Both the position numbers and the translations under genes were made by a program. Positions 28,995-39,115 of a stretch of DNA of 64,000 nt are shown piece by piece. The notes beneath the pieces were generated by a model. That model worked only from the letters and a program-made list of their open reading frames with translations. It did not search any database and was not told the origin of the DNA. The stretch comes from a virus, in IMG/VR virus record IMGVR_UViG_3300033153_010139, positions 32,001 to 96,000 of that record; one strand, given 5' to 3'. Numbering within the stretch: position 1 is the stretch's first letter; each line of letters begins with the position of its first letter.

Positions 28995-29528
28995 ATGAAA
29001 CAGCTGAAACCTGGACAACGCGGGCTCAAAGCTGCGCAGATTCGCAACGCACCGGACTTCCCGGTGCAGAACCTCTACCCGTGCGCCCAGGGGCCGGAGC
29101 CGTTCGTGGCCTGGCTCCTGGGAGATCTGCAGCTCGCCGAAGGCATCCTGTTCCGCTCGGACGGCTACGTCTCTTACGTTCCGGCAATGATCGCCAGAAT
29201 GAAGATCAAGCGTGTTCTCGTCATCGCCCATGTCGATGGTTTCGACGAGGAATGCGAGTACCGGCTTCGGCTGGTCTACACGAGCAAGACGGGTGAGTAT
29301 TTCGAGATCGTTTCGGTCGTGCTTCGTGCCGCCGAAACCGAGCGCTTCCCGTTCGAGATTCCGCTGGAGCACGTGGATCCGGCAGGCTGGCTCACATGCG
29401 CGCTCAACGTCGAGCTGCTCACGCCCATGCCGGCTGGACCCGCCTATGACGCTGCTGTCGCCATCGGCTGCGAGGCTCCCCATATGCCTGTGAGCATTCG
29501 CGGTTCTTACTTGGAGATCACCGGATGA
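28995..29528 (+). CDS. Hypothetical protein
   Basis: 177 aa in the structural operon. Confidence 0.55.
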   Translation: MKQLKPGQRGLKAAQIRNAPDFPVQNLYPCAQGPEPFVAWLLGDLQLAEGILFRSDGYVSYVPAMIARMKIKRVLVIAHVDGFDEECEYRLRLVYTSKTGEYFEIVSVVLRAAETERFPFEIPLEHVDPAGWLTCALNVELLTPMPAGPAYDAAVAIGCEAPHMPVSIRGSYLEITG

Positions 29529-29538
29529 GGAAACGGTA

Positions 29539-30006
29539 GTGCCAGGTCCAAGGCAAAAGCAGCTCCGCGTCCAGCACTACCTGCCATTGGGCATTTACGG
29601 CATCGTTTCGGAGAGCGGCATCACCGTCGATTCGCAAGCTCCGAGCTTGGCTGGCGACTTCGAGATCTACGACCGCTTCACGGCCACAGAGGACTCTCGC
29701 CGGGCTGATGTCTACTACCAAGGGAGTCTTGAAGCGAGCGAGGGGAAGATCGCCGAGATCAAGATCCCGATCAAGGGCAGCAGCACCAACGCGCAGTACC
29801 GTGTGCTCGTCTACGCCGAGGGCTCTGGCGCTTCGGCGGTCTACGACAGCTCACTGTCGGCGGCGTCAGTCACACGGACGGTCACGACGATCACGTCATT
29901 CTCCGCGCCTCCCACCGGGGAGAAGCGTTACCATATCAAGGTCGAAGCGCACCTGGACACCGGCGAGATTCTCTACGTCGGCCGACCGCGCGTCAGGCAC
30001 GGGTGA
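29539..30006 (+). CDS. Stand-alone copy of the C-terminal domain of 24012/31698
   Basis: YAEGSGA.AVYDS and EAHLDTGEILYVGRP. Confidence 0.65.
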   Translation: MPGPRQKQLRVQHYLPLGIYGIVSESGITVDSQAPSLAGDFEIYDRFTATEDSRRADVYYQGSLEASEGKIAEIKIPIKGSSTNAQYRVLVYAEGSGASAVYDSSLSAASVTRTVTTITSFSAPPTGEKRYHIKVEAHLDTGEILYVGRPRVRHG

Positions 30007-30010
30007 TCAC

Positions 30011-31399
30011 ATGCCGCTTACCGTAGGGAACCAGAACATCCGCACCAGCCGCATGGTCTCGGCCAACATCACCGAGGCCACGCACGGGTTTACCGTTGGC
30101 GAGCCCGTCTCCTACGACGGCTCCAACTGGGTCCAGGCTAAAGCGGACGACGTCACCACAGAGGCCCTCGGCCTCGTCTACGAGGTAGTCGATACCAACA
30201 CGTTCACCTACCTCAGTCGCGGGAGCTTCTCGCGCACAACGCCGCAGTGGGACGCGCTCGTCGGCACGACCGGCGGCCTGGTCGCCGGCTCGGACTACGC
30301 CGTGTCGCAAACCACGGCTGGCCAGTACGAAACGACGGAACCGACGTCGGGCGTCATTCAGTTCATGTTCCGCGCGATCAGCACGACCGAGGTCGAGGTC
30401 TATTGCGCCACGCCGAGGTTCAACTCGTGGACCGGTGCGCACGTCCACGACGCGAATCTCGGCGGCTTTTCGACCGTGCTTCCGGCGGGCTCCTCGTACG
30501 CCGAGGTGCAGGCGGCGCTGGACGCCTACCAGATCGTCTACCTGCAACAAGGGGAATACAACACCTGGGGGACCGGCTACCTCCGGCTCCGCATCCCGAG
30601 CTACACACACCTGATCGGCCTGTCCCTCGGCTACCAGTACATAACCAGCAGCTACACGCCTCGGATAACCTTGTCCGGGTCCAACCAGGGCGTAGAGCTG
30701 CAAGCCGGTGCGTCGATCAGGAACGTAGGCTTCTACTGCAGCTACAGCGGCACGTCGTCCGCGTCAGCCCTCTTCACCTGCAGCTACAGCAGCCGGAACT
30801 TGATCAAGAACTGCTGGGCGGACTTCGCCAACCAGTGCGCACAGAACTTCCTTACGGCGAATGGGCCGTGCCGTGTGGAGGACTGCACGGCTTACCGGCT
30901 TCCGAACACCTCTAGTCCGGGCGGCTACGTGATCAGCATAGCGGGTTACAGCGCCGCGACGCTGGTTCCGTACCACGGCGTCCACAACTGCCGCATTTAC
31001 TTCACCAGCTCGCCGACGCTCGGGAGCAGGGGCGGGATCAGCTGCACCTACGGCGGGCAGATCAAGGACACCCTCGTATTCAATGCCCCAGGTCACGGGT
31101 TCTACATGACCTCGTCCAACGGGTACCAGCCGGGCCAGATCAACGGCTGTTACGCCTACAACTGTGGGGTTTCCACCGCCTACCACGGGTTCTATATGCT
31201 CGGCGCCGGGGATGCGAGCTGGCTTACCTGTATCAACAACAAGGCGGCTGATTGCAACGGTTGGGGGTTCTGGTTTCCGTCCGGTTACTCCGGTAGCCAC
31301 GGCGGCGCTGCGACCAACAACCACTCACATCAATGCCCGGCCGGCGCTTATCAATTCAGCGGCAGTTTCCTAAACAATAACGGGAACCACAGCAACTAG
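30011..31399 (+). CDS. Tailspike/fibre with right-handed beta-helix-like domain
   Basis: Start MPLTVGNQ. VQAALD...VYLQQGEY then repeated N/C/G/F strands (pectate-lyase-like). Confidence 0.65.
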   Translation: MPLTVGNQNIRTSRMVSANITEATHGFTVGEPVSYDGSNWVQAKADDVTTEALGLVYEVVDTNTFTYLSRGSFSRTTPQWDALVGTTGGLVAGSDYAVSQTTAGQYETTEPTSGVIQFMFRAISTTEVEVYCATPRFNSWTGAHVHDANLGGFSTVLPAGSSYAEVQAALDAYQIVYLQQGEYNTWGTGYLRLRIPSYTHLIGLSLGYQYITSSYTPRITLSGSNQGVELQAGASIRNVGFYCSYSGTSSASALFTCSYSSRNLIKNCWADFANQCAQNFLTANGPCRVEDCTAYRLPNTSSPGGYVISIAGYSAATLVPYHGVHNCRIYFTSSPTLGSRGGISCTYGGQIKDTLVFNAPGHGFYMTSSNGYQPGQINGCYAYNCGVSTAYHGFYMLGAGDASWLTCINNKAADCNGWGFWFPSGYSGSHGGAATNNHSHQCPAGAYQFSGSFLNNNGNHSN

Positions 31400-31403
31400 G
31401 GGA

Positions 31404-31694
31404 ATGGGCATGAGTACATTCGCTTGCCACTGCGGCGGGATCGTCACGGGAACCTCCGATCCCGACCCGGAACGCGACGACAACCCTACCTGGACCTTCG
31501 CCTGCAACGATCACCGGGGCGCCGGTCCGCGCGAACTGCTCATTGTTCGCGTCAGCGGAACGCCGACCGGCGAGAGGGCTCTTGCGCTGACCGAGGAAGA
31601 TCGCATGGCGGTCATGAAGGACGCCATCGACGTTAACGGGCAGTGGTTGCTCGACAACCCGACGACTCCGCTCACATCAGACGTGATACTGTGA
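31404..31694 (+). CDS. Small hypothetical protein (Cys-containing)
   Basis: 96 aa directly after the tailspike-like gene. Confidence 0.45.
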   Translation: MGMSTFACHCGGIVTGTSDPDPERDDNPTWTFACNDHRGAGPRELLIVRVSGTPTGERALALTEEDRMAVMKDAIDVNGQWLLDNPTTPLTSDVIL

Positions 31695-31697
31695 CAC

Positions 31698-33185
31698 ATG
31701 CCCAGACTTGTTGTTGACGGAACGATCCCAGGCAGCGGTGGCGCCGGCAGCGTACAGGTCACCGGCTCCATTTCGCACCTCGTGCCGTTCACCGAGAACA
31801 TCCCGACGGTTTCGGCACCGACCCTGGGGACAGCGGGAACCGCTACCGGTACGTTGGACCACCCAGACGCTGCCACGACGGGCCAGAAGTTCGAGATCAC
31901 CGTCCCGGACGACTACGATTCCGGCAATCTGACCGTCAGCATCACCTACGCCATGTCCACGTCGTACTCCGGCAACGTGCGGCTGGAGACGACCGCCGAG
32001 ATTGCGCAGGCATCAGCGGGCACGATCGACTCGGCCTCCTACCCGGCCACCGGCGTCACGATCACGCCGCCGACGGACACGGCCATCGCGAAGGAGGTGC
32101 TGCTCACCATCGACGAGGGCGACATCCAAGCCGGTGACCAGATCGTCGTCTTAGTCAAGCGCATCGGGGCCGACGGCCTGGACTCGCACACGGGCGACTG
32201 GCGCCTCATCGCCTACACCTACACCTACACGGGCCAGCTGGCCGCCAGGAACGTCTCGCAGTTCATTGCGCTGTTCTCGGACACCGACGAAACGCGACCG
32301 CCAGCCGGTCTCATTGGCAATATCTCGACCCTGGACTTCAATCCTTCCGTGGACCGCGAGCAGAAATTCGAGGTGCTGGTCCCCGAGCACTGGGACAGCT
32401 ACTCGGATGGCCACGTCCGGTTCGTCTTCGCGATGTCCACGGCGGTAGACGCGTTCGTCAAGCTGGAGACCGAGGTCGAGATCGCGAACGCTACGGACGG
32501 CACCTACGACCTTTACTCGGCTGAGGCGCAGATCCTCGATCTCGATGCAGACACGAACCCGCACCGCACGGTCACGGTCCGGTCCATTCCCGTGGCTGCC
32601 ATGCACAAAGGCGACCACGTCACGATCAAGATCGCCCGTCGGGGAACGTCCGGCGACGACACGCACTCGGGCGCGTGGCGGCTCATGTCTGCGCACTTCG
32701 CGACCGGCATTTCGCCGACGTCCGGCGCAATCGTTTCACCGACGGCCTACTACATCCAGATCCACGACTTCGAGGAGGTCTCCGGCACGGTCTATGGCGA
32801 TCTCCTGTCGCCCGACTTCGCCGGCGACTTTGAGACCTGGACGAAGATGTCGTCGGACTCGGCCGGCGGCCGGATCGACGTTGCGTTCCAAGGCAAGCTC
32901 CGCGCCGACCAGACGACGCTCGCGGAGTTCCAGCTCGCCATCAAAGGCAACCTGGCCACGGCGCAGTACCAGGTCAAGCTCTACGTCGATGGCTCGGGCG
33001 CGACGCAGAAGCTCACTCCGTCAGCGCTGACCTTCGCCCCGACGTCGCGCACGAAGCTCATCTACAGCGCGTCCGACTTCTCGGCTCAACCAACAGGCGA
33101 CGGGCGATACTTCATCGTGGTCGAGGCGACGCTCGACACTGGTGAGATCCTTTACGTCGGCCGGCCCTACGTGAAGCAGGAGTAA
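31698..33185 (+). CDS. Multi-domain virion protein (paralogue of 24012)
   Basis: Colinear with residues ~180-658 of 24012; ends EATLDTGEILYVGRPYVKQE. Confidence 0.7.
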   Translation: MPRLVVDGTIPGSGGAGSVQVTGSISHLVPFTENIPTVSAPTLGTAGTATGTLDHPDAATTGQKFEITVPDDYDSGNLTVSITYAMSTSYSGNVRLETTAEIAQASAGTIDSASYPATGVTITPPTDTAIAKEVLLTIDEGDIQAGDQIVVLVKRIGADGLDSHTGDWRLIAYTYTYTGQLAARNVSQFIALFSDTDETRPPAGLIGNISTLDFNPSVDREQKFEVLVPEHWDSYSDGHVRFVFAMSTAVDAFVKLETEVEIANATDGTYDLYSAEAQILDLDADTNPHRTVTVRSIPVAAMHKGDHVTIKIARRGTSGDDTHSGAWRLMSAHFATGISPTSGAIVSPTAYYIQIHDFEEVSGTVYGDLLSPDFAGDFETWTKMSSDSAGGRIDVAFQGKLRADQTTLAEFQLAIKGNLATAQYQVKLYVDGSGATQKLTPSALTFAPTSRTKLIYSASDFSAQPTGDGRYFIVVEATLDTGEILYVGRPYVKQE

Positions 33186-33190
33186 GCCGC

Positions 33191-34639
33191 ATGGCCATCA
33201 GCTTTGGTGACGCCTCTGTTCTGCCCGCTGCCGATGCCGTTCCGACGCCCGATGTCTGGGGTGTGCGTGAGCACACGTTCACCGGCACGCTGAACCTGCT
33301 GGACACGGACAAGACGGTTCAGATCCTCGACGGTTCCAGTACGCCGGTCGTCAACCTGCCGACGAGTACGGTAGACAACCCGTTCTTCGTGCTGATCAAC
33401 GCTGGCATAGAAGAATTCCTGGTCGGTATGCCAACCAGTGGCCGCTCGTTCACGCTCGCCGTTGGTGAGGGCGTCCAAGTCTTCTCTGACGGGTCGGTCG
33501 AGTGGTATGGTTCGCCGGACAATCTCAAAACGCAGACCGGGCTGGCGGTCCTTCACTACGGTGGCAGATGCTACACCATCGGTGGCAATCCCTACGGCCC
33601 CCCTGCAGGCTACTGGGTGGACACGCAGATCACGCAGATCACCACCACAGAAACGGTCACTTCTTGGTCGATGCCGGTGTCTGGGAGACTCGTCGGGTTT
33701 GCCTGTCGGTATCAGACTTCCGTGATCTTCAGTTTGAAGATTTACAAGAACGGCATCCTCTCTGAGTCGAAGACAGAACTCGCGAGCACCACGTCCCGAT
33801 ACTACGGTGACGAGTTCTTTACGACGTTTGTCGCCGGGGATCGGTTGTCGGTCGCCAATAGCGGTACCGTCTCGACCGGCGAGGGGGGTTATCAGTACTT
33901 TGTTGAGCTGTACGGTATCGACGCGGTCCTTGACTTCACCAGCATCATGAGTACCTCCTACCGCTGGCCAATCGTCAATACGCCCTACACGCTCCAAGGG
34001 TCCTCGACTTATGTGACCTACAACTGCGATCACATTGTGCCGATTGCCCTGACGATGCGCGGCGTCTCCTACGATTTACAGAATGCGGGGGTACACGTCT
34101 TCGAGATCGTCAAGAACGGCACCGATTCTGGCGTGACTTTCACGACGGACGCGTTGCTGAAGGTCGGTACCGCCCCATTGTCCGGCGCGCTGTCGTTCGC
34201 TGCTGGTGATCGCATCGCGCTTCATCTGACCAGCGCTACCAACCCAAATCAATCAAGAGTCACCTGCCTGTTCGCCGCTACGCCCACGAAGTTCTATCGG
34301 TGGGGCGGTGCCGCCGGCAGCGCCAGCTACTACTACATGCCGTTTGCGTATCCTTCCAGGAGCATCAGCAACTCGGCGATTGGCTACAGAACCTCGATTT
34401 ACATGCCTGTTGCCGGTACCGTGGTCGCGCTTGCGCACACGAGGCGTTACACGGGAACATTGGGCGTTCAGCTCTACAAGAACGGTATGCTCTCAGAGGT
34501 CGTCACCACTGTGACCGCCCCTGGTGGCGTAGATTCTTCCATGAGCACGACCGTAGTCCCCGGCGACTACTTAGACGTCAAACATCCTGCTTCGGGCACC
34601 TCACCTGGAGCATCCTCAATCATCGTGGCCATAAGGTAG
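33191..34639 (+). CDS. Tyr/Thr-rich fibre or receptor-binding protein
   Basis: Three repeats of (M/V)P(V/I)....KNG....F.AGD.(L/I); lower-GC codon use. Confidence 0.6.
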   Translation: MAISFGDASVLPAADAVPTPDVWGVREHTFTGTLNLLDTDKTVQILDGSSTPVVNLPTSTVDNPFFVLINAGIEEFLVGMPTSGRSFTLAVGEGVQVFSDGSVEWYGSPDNLKTQTGLAVLHYGGRCYTIGGNPYGPPAGYWVDTQITQITTTETVTSWSMPVSGRLVGFACRYQTSVIFSLKIYKNGILSESKTELASTTSRYYGDEFFTTFVAGDRLSVANSGTVSTGEGGYQYFVELYGIDAVLDFTSIMSTSYRWPIVNTPYTLQGSSTYVTYNCDHIVPIALTMRGVSYDLQNAGVHVFEIVKNGTDSGVTFTTDALLKVGTAPLSGALSFAAGDRIALHLTSATNPNQSRVTCLFAATPTKFYRWGGAAGSASYYYMPFAYPSRSISNSAIGYRTSIYMPVAGTVVALAHTRRYTGTLGVQLYKNGMLSEVVTTVTAPGGVDSSMSTTVVPGDYLDVKHPASGTSPGASSIIVAIR

Positions 34640-34643
34640 ATCA

Positions 34644-35165
34644 ATGGAAACCAGGACAGCATGGCTCATTACAGAGAGCGGCACGCCTCACTCGCTCTCC
34701 TTCGGGAACTACAAGAACCCGTCCCAGGAAGCGGACGAGAGTAAGCGCTCTTGGGCCGCAGCGCTTAACGAAACACAAGAGGCTGACCCGAACTTCGATG
34801 CCACGATGACGGCCTGGAAGGCCGCGTCAACTATCCCCGGGCGCATGGGCCACGCGAGCGCGGGCGCCGGCCTCACTGGGCGCACGCTCACCATAGCCGG
34901 CGTCACTTGGGATCTCGACGACGCCGGGCGCGCCCAAGGCGCAGGCATGGAAAACTTCCCGCCAGACGGCACGCTCATCGATGCAACGGCGGCTGTTACC
35001 TTTGCGGAAGCCCTCGAAGGGGATCTCGAATTTGTCGAGGCGACGACGCTGAAGCGGGTCAAGGTCTGGTGCACCGAAGACCCGGCCGATCCATACGAGG
35101 GCGGCTTCGATTCCGCACTGTATCGCCAGGACTCGGACGAGAGCGTCGTTCGCGTAGACGCGTAG
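34644..35165 (+). CDS. Hypothetical protein
   Basis: 173 aa, AAGG RBS. Confidence 0.55.
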   Translation: METRTAWLITESGTPHSLSFGNYKNPSQEADESKRSWAAALNETQEADPNFDATMTAWKAASTIPGRMGHASAGAGLTGRTLTIAGVTWDLDDAGRAQGAGMENFPPDGTLIDATAAVTFAEALEGDLEFVEATTLKRVKVWCTEDPADPYEGGFDSALYRQDSDESVVRVDA

Positions 35166-35174
35166 GAGACTGCC

Positions 35175-37730
35175 ATGGTCGTTAGCGTAGGAGACGTCGG
35201 TCCCGGTCTCTCGGTTGTCTGCCAAGTGCGGCGCACGACAAACTACACCGTAACCGGGGCGTGGGCCGACATCGCGTTCGACGCCGTGGACGTCGAAACG
35301 AACGACGCTGAGATCGAGCACGACTACGGCGGCGGCGGGACCGACCGGATCTACGTGAAGACGGCCGGCACGTACAGAGTCTCCATCCAAGGCCATTACT
35401 ACGCGGGCGCGACCGGCGCCGCTTATGTACGTCTGCGGGTGAACGACACTACGGTCGTGAACGGTTCCACCTGGCGTACCTACCAACAGAACGTGGATGA
35501 TCCTTTCGCCCGCTCGGTCGAAGTGCCACTCAGCGCTGGTGATTTCCTGACGTGGCAGGCTTACGACTCTGTCACAGGGGCCTCCTTTACGGATCCTCTG
35601 CTCTTTACTGTCAGCCACTACACAGGCTCGACCGGAGCAGACGGCGCCGATGGCGACATCGTCTGGGCCAACGCCTGGACCTCGCAGAACTACACGATCA
35701 ACCAGGCCGTCTCCTACCTGGGCTCGTCCTACGTCTGCAAGCTGGACACGGTCTCGTCGGAGGTGCCGACGGACACGACCTATTGGGACGTGCTCGCCGC
35801 GAAGGGCGAGGTGGGAGATGCCGGCGCGCCGAACGTGCCGATGGTCCAGGCTCGCGAATCGTCCGCGATCACGCTCGGGGCTTCGTGGGCTGACATCCCG
35901 TTTGACACCACCGACGTCGAAACGGCCGACACAGAGATCAAGCACCACGACAGCAACACCGACCAAATCCACGTCTACACGACTGGCGTCTATGACGTGA
36001 CGGTCGAGGGGACTGCGAGCTTCAACAACACCGGGATCGAGCTGCGGGTCAGGAGTAACGACACTACGGTGATTCCCGGCTCCGTGATCGAGAAGCACTG
36101 GGGAGCCGGGACCACGAACGCATCCTTCAGCAAGTCCTTTTTGGTGACACTTACGGCCGGCGACTATCTCACGGTGCAGGGACAGTACGCGACCGCCCCC
36201 CGTGGCATTCTGGCTGACATGCTGTTCTCCGTCCGCCGCTACGTCGGCATCGAAGGCGAGAAGGGCGACACCGGCGACACGGGGTTGACCGGCCCAGCTG
36301 GCGCCGCCGAGCCCACCGCCGGCGGCTTCGGCTACAACGCCGCGACGATTACGACCGACAAGACGCTCACCGATTCCGACGACACGATCCAGACGCTCAC
36401 GTGCAACACTGCCGACCTGAAGGTGCTTCTGCCGACGATTACCGAAGACACGCCATTCTTCTTGTTGGTCAACCCGGCCACATCTTCGTACTCCTACGAC
36501 ATCGCCGACGCGAACGGCGTTACTCGCGTCACATGCGAGCCGGGCCAGCAGGTCAAGGTCCAGACGGATGCCGTGGACTCATTCCTGACGGTGCTCGATA
36601 ACGTCCCGTCCACTGTTGGCTTCATCACGTTCCCGTTCGGCGGCTACTGCCATTCGTCCTACGTCGGTCGCTACTACCAGACGAACTACGAGTATTACGC
36701 CCAAGCCGTCACCTCCGGTCTCACCTATGCGAACGAGTACACCGTCCCCGTCGATGGCACGATCAAGTACATAACCTTCGCTTGCCAATCCGCTGTGGAT
36801 TCGACATTCAAGATTGTTATCAACGGTACGCCCGGCGCGGGAATAACGCTTGCCGGCACGTACTTCGCGAATGAGGAAATTGATATTGCCGTGTCTGCTG
36901 GCGACACCATCGCGTTGGAGTTCGACGCATACGCGTCGGCGCCGAACTACTCGGTGGCCTGTCTCTACATGGAGGCTGACTCGGGCGCGGGCTACACCAG
37001 CAAACCGTTCGGAGCGTACCTGCAGAGCGTGAACTACTTCCACGAGGCGGGTGGGCGCGCTACCAGCAGCCAGCTTTCGTCTGAAGCCTCGAACGGGGCC
37101 AGAACGACGCTGAACAACTGCACGCTGAGCGAAGTTAGCTGGCGTACAGAGAACACCATGGCGACCCAAGAGCTTTCAGCCTTCAAGAACGGCATCTTGT
37201 CTGAGACCAAAGCCTACGGAACAGGTACGTCTGGCGTTATGACAGGCTGGGCGACGCATTATGCCCCCGGAGATGACTGTGCCTTCCGCGCGACCACGGC
37301 CGCCCCTTTTCGCGTGCAGCTGCTTGCCGCCTTCTCTGGTAGTGGATCTACCGCTCTAGAACACTACGGCTCCGCGGTGACTACCAACTACTGGCAGTAC
37401 AACAGGTACAACCAGAAGACGAACAATGGAGGAAGTAATCCCGCACTGAATATTCGGTACGAGTACGTTCACGTGATCCCCCAGACCGGCCTGATCACCG
37501 GTTTCACGCTCAGCGCTGGCCTGAACTCCGGCAGTAAGCCTATGACCGTGGCGGTTGTTGGGAGTGGCGGCAGTGAGTCCGCCACCGTAGTACTGGTGGA
37601 TTACCGGGGTTACGCGGAGTTTGACGCGCCCATTCCCGTGGTGGCCGGTGACTACGTCTACATCTACCCCGCCGATACGACGAACCTCTCCTCTGGAACC
37701 TTCAGCTTGATGTACAAGATCATCGACTAG
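35175..37730 (+). CDS. Long fibre protein with C1q-like domains, collagen linkers and Tyr-rich distal repeats
   Basis: Two WADI.FD..DVET..EI.H...TD.I.V.T.G.Y.V domains, G-X-Y linkers and distal repeats like those of 33191. Confidence 0.7.
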   Translation: MVVSVGDVGPGLSVVCQVRRTTNYTVTGAWADIAFDAVDVETNDAEIEHDYGGGGTDRIYVKTAGTYRVSIQGHYYAGATGAAYVRLRVNDTTVVNGSTWRTYQQNVDDPFARSVEVPLSAGDFLTWQAYDSVTGASFTDPLLFTVSHYTGSTGADGADGDIVWANAWTSQNYTINQAVSYLGSSYVCKLDTVSSEVPTDTTYWDVLAAKGEVGDAGAPNVPMVQARESSAITLGASWADIPFDTTDVETADTEIKHHDSNTDQIHVYTTGVYDVTVEGTASFNNTGIELRVRSNDTTVIPGSVIEKHWGAGTTNASFSKSFLVTLTAGDYLTVQGQYATAPRGILADMLFSVRRYVGIEGEKGDTGDTGLTGPAGAAEPTAGGFGYNAATITTDKTLTDSDDTIQTLTCNTADLKVLLPTITEDTPFFLLVNPATSSYSYDIADANGVTRVTCEPGQQVKVQTDAVDSFLTVLDNVPSTVGFITFPFGGYCHSSYVGRYYQTNYEYYAQAVTSGLTYANEYTVPVDGTIKYITFACQSAVDSTFKIVINGTPGAGITLAGTYFANEEIDIAVSAGDTIALEFDAYASAPNYSVACLYMEADSGAGYTSKPFGAYLQSVNYFHEAGGRATSSQLSSEASNGARTTLNNCTLSEVSWRTENTMATQELSAFKNGILSETKAYGTGTSGVMTGWATHYAPGDDCAFRATTAAPFRVQLLAAFSGSGSTALEHYGSAVTTNYWQYNRYNQKTNNGGSNPALNIRYEYVHVIPQTGLITGFTLSAGLNSGSKPMTVAVVGSGGSESATVVLVDYRGYAEFDAPIPVVAGDYVYIYPADTTNLSSGTFSLMYKIID

Positions 37731-37848
37731 GTCTTCACGCGGCCTGCCGTAGCGAAGACCGCGGTCCCGACGGTAGAATCGACCTACGTGCCGAACCGAG
37801 CGACCAAATACCCCATTTCCACCACACGCTGCGGTCGTCTTTCGCAGC

Positions 37849-37877
37849 TTGACCGTCTACTCTGACGAGCCTAGAAT
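37849..37877 (+). promoter_or_regulatory. Sigma70-type promoter
   Basis: TTGACC-N17-TAGAAT upstream of 37917. Confidence 0.7.
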
Positions 37878-37916
37878 GTCAGCCGACGCACGAGGTTTCG
37901 TCCCAAGGAGATTCCA

Positions 37917-38528
37917 ATGAGCATTGTCAACCGCGCACAGTTCGCCAAGTCTGTCACGGTGTCCTTCCCGAACGTGACGGCGACCACCTTCGACGTGCCT
38001 CGTCCCGTGACGACGCCCGCCGAGCCCGCCTACTGCGAGGGATCGGATCACGTCATCAAGCCCACTTCGCTGGAAGAGGACTTCGCTGGCGAGGTCGTCG
38101 TTCGCCTGCCCACCACGCTGGAACTCGCGACCGTGTTCCTGCGGAGCGTGGAAGTCCGCAAGCTGCTCCCCGCCGCCCAGAAGGGTCTCGCGGGACCGTC
38201 CTCGACCTTCCCGCACCCTCCCGGCGCCGTCTCTCCCATCTTCCCCTCCGGTGCCCCCACGGACAGCGAGCACGTCCGCTTCCTGGTGGAAGAGGCTGGC
38301 AACACGATCGAGATGTCGCAGGGCGCCGGCCACGCGCTCCTCGGTAGCCCCGATCCCACGAACCTGGCCGCTGGCGGCCTGACGCGCTCCTACCCCGGCA
38401 TCACGCTGCGGGCCGGCGAGTACGTGCGGCTCACGTTCTACAACAACTCGGGCGGCGATCTCAACAACCAGATCATCACGGCCAACTACAACATGGGCCA
38501 GTTCCACGGCGACGTGGGCCGTCCGTAG
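37917..38528 (+). CDS. Hypothetical protein (possible decoration protein)
   Basis: AAGGAG RBS, own promoter, strongly biased codons. Confidence 0.7.
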   Translation: MSIVNRAQFAKSVTVSFPNVTATTFDVPRPVTTPAEPAYCEGSDHVIKPTSLEEDFAGEVVVRLPTTLELATVFLRSVEVRKLLPAAQKGLAGPSSTFPHPPGAVSPIFPSGAPTDSEHVRFLVEEAGNTIEMSQGAGHALLGSPDPTNLAAGGLTRSYPGITLRAGEYVRLTFYNNSGGDLNNQIITANYNMGQFHGDVGRP

Positions 38529-38586
38529 TCAGCGCCGTCCGGCGTAACAAGACCACAGAGCAGAAAACACCAGCAGGAGATCAATC

Positions 38587-39048
38587 ATGCACGGCGACGC
38601 ACTCATCGACGCGGATGTCACCCTCACCGGCATCACCGCCTTCAACCACGCGACTGGCGCCAGTCTCGTCAAGAGTCTCAAGTTCGGGGTCGAAGAGGAG
38701 GAGATGCTCGTGGATCTCAAGGTGCTCTGCACCTTGCACCACAGCGTCGCCGACGAAGTCCTCGACTACACCCTGTTCCTCGACGGCACGGACCTCGCGC
38801 CGCTGGCCGCCGGGCTGGGCCGTCTGGCCATGCCCTCGACGGCGGACGATCCGACCCAGCTCGCGTTCGAGCGGACCATGCGGATTCCGCAGGGCGAGCA
38901 CCAGCTGCAGCTCCACCTGCGGACCGCGGCCGGCAACATCATCGTGGACGGCGCGACCTGGAACGGTTGGCTCACCGCCACGCGGCACAGCCACCCGGCG
39001 ACGCTGGCGCAGGGCGTCAACAGCAAGAGCGTCGGCGGCAGCTTCTAG
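38587..39048 (+). CDS. Hypothetical beta-rich protein
   Basis: AGGAG RBS, 153 aa. Confidence 0.65.
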   Translation: MHGDALIDADVTLTGITAFNHATGASLVKSLKFGVEEEEMLVDLKVLCTLHHSVADEVLDYTLFLDGTDLAPLAAGLGRLAMPSTADDPTQLAFERTMRIPQGEHQLQLHLRTAAGNIIVDGATWNGWLTATRHSHPATLAQGVNSKSVGGSF

Positions 39049-39115
39049 CCTTCGGGCTCGGGATCGGAATCTCCGCAACGGGGGCGCCATCGTGCGCCCT
39101 CGTTGTCATCCCCGG

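Noticed and set aside
7278-37730. Diversity-generating retroelement acting on fibre tips
   Set aside because: No reverse transcriptase and no template/variable repeat pair differing only at adenines in this window.
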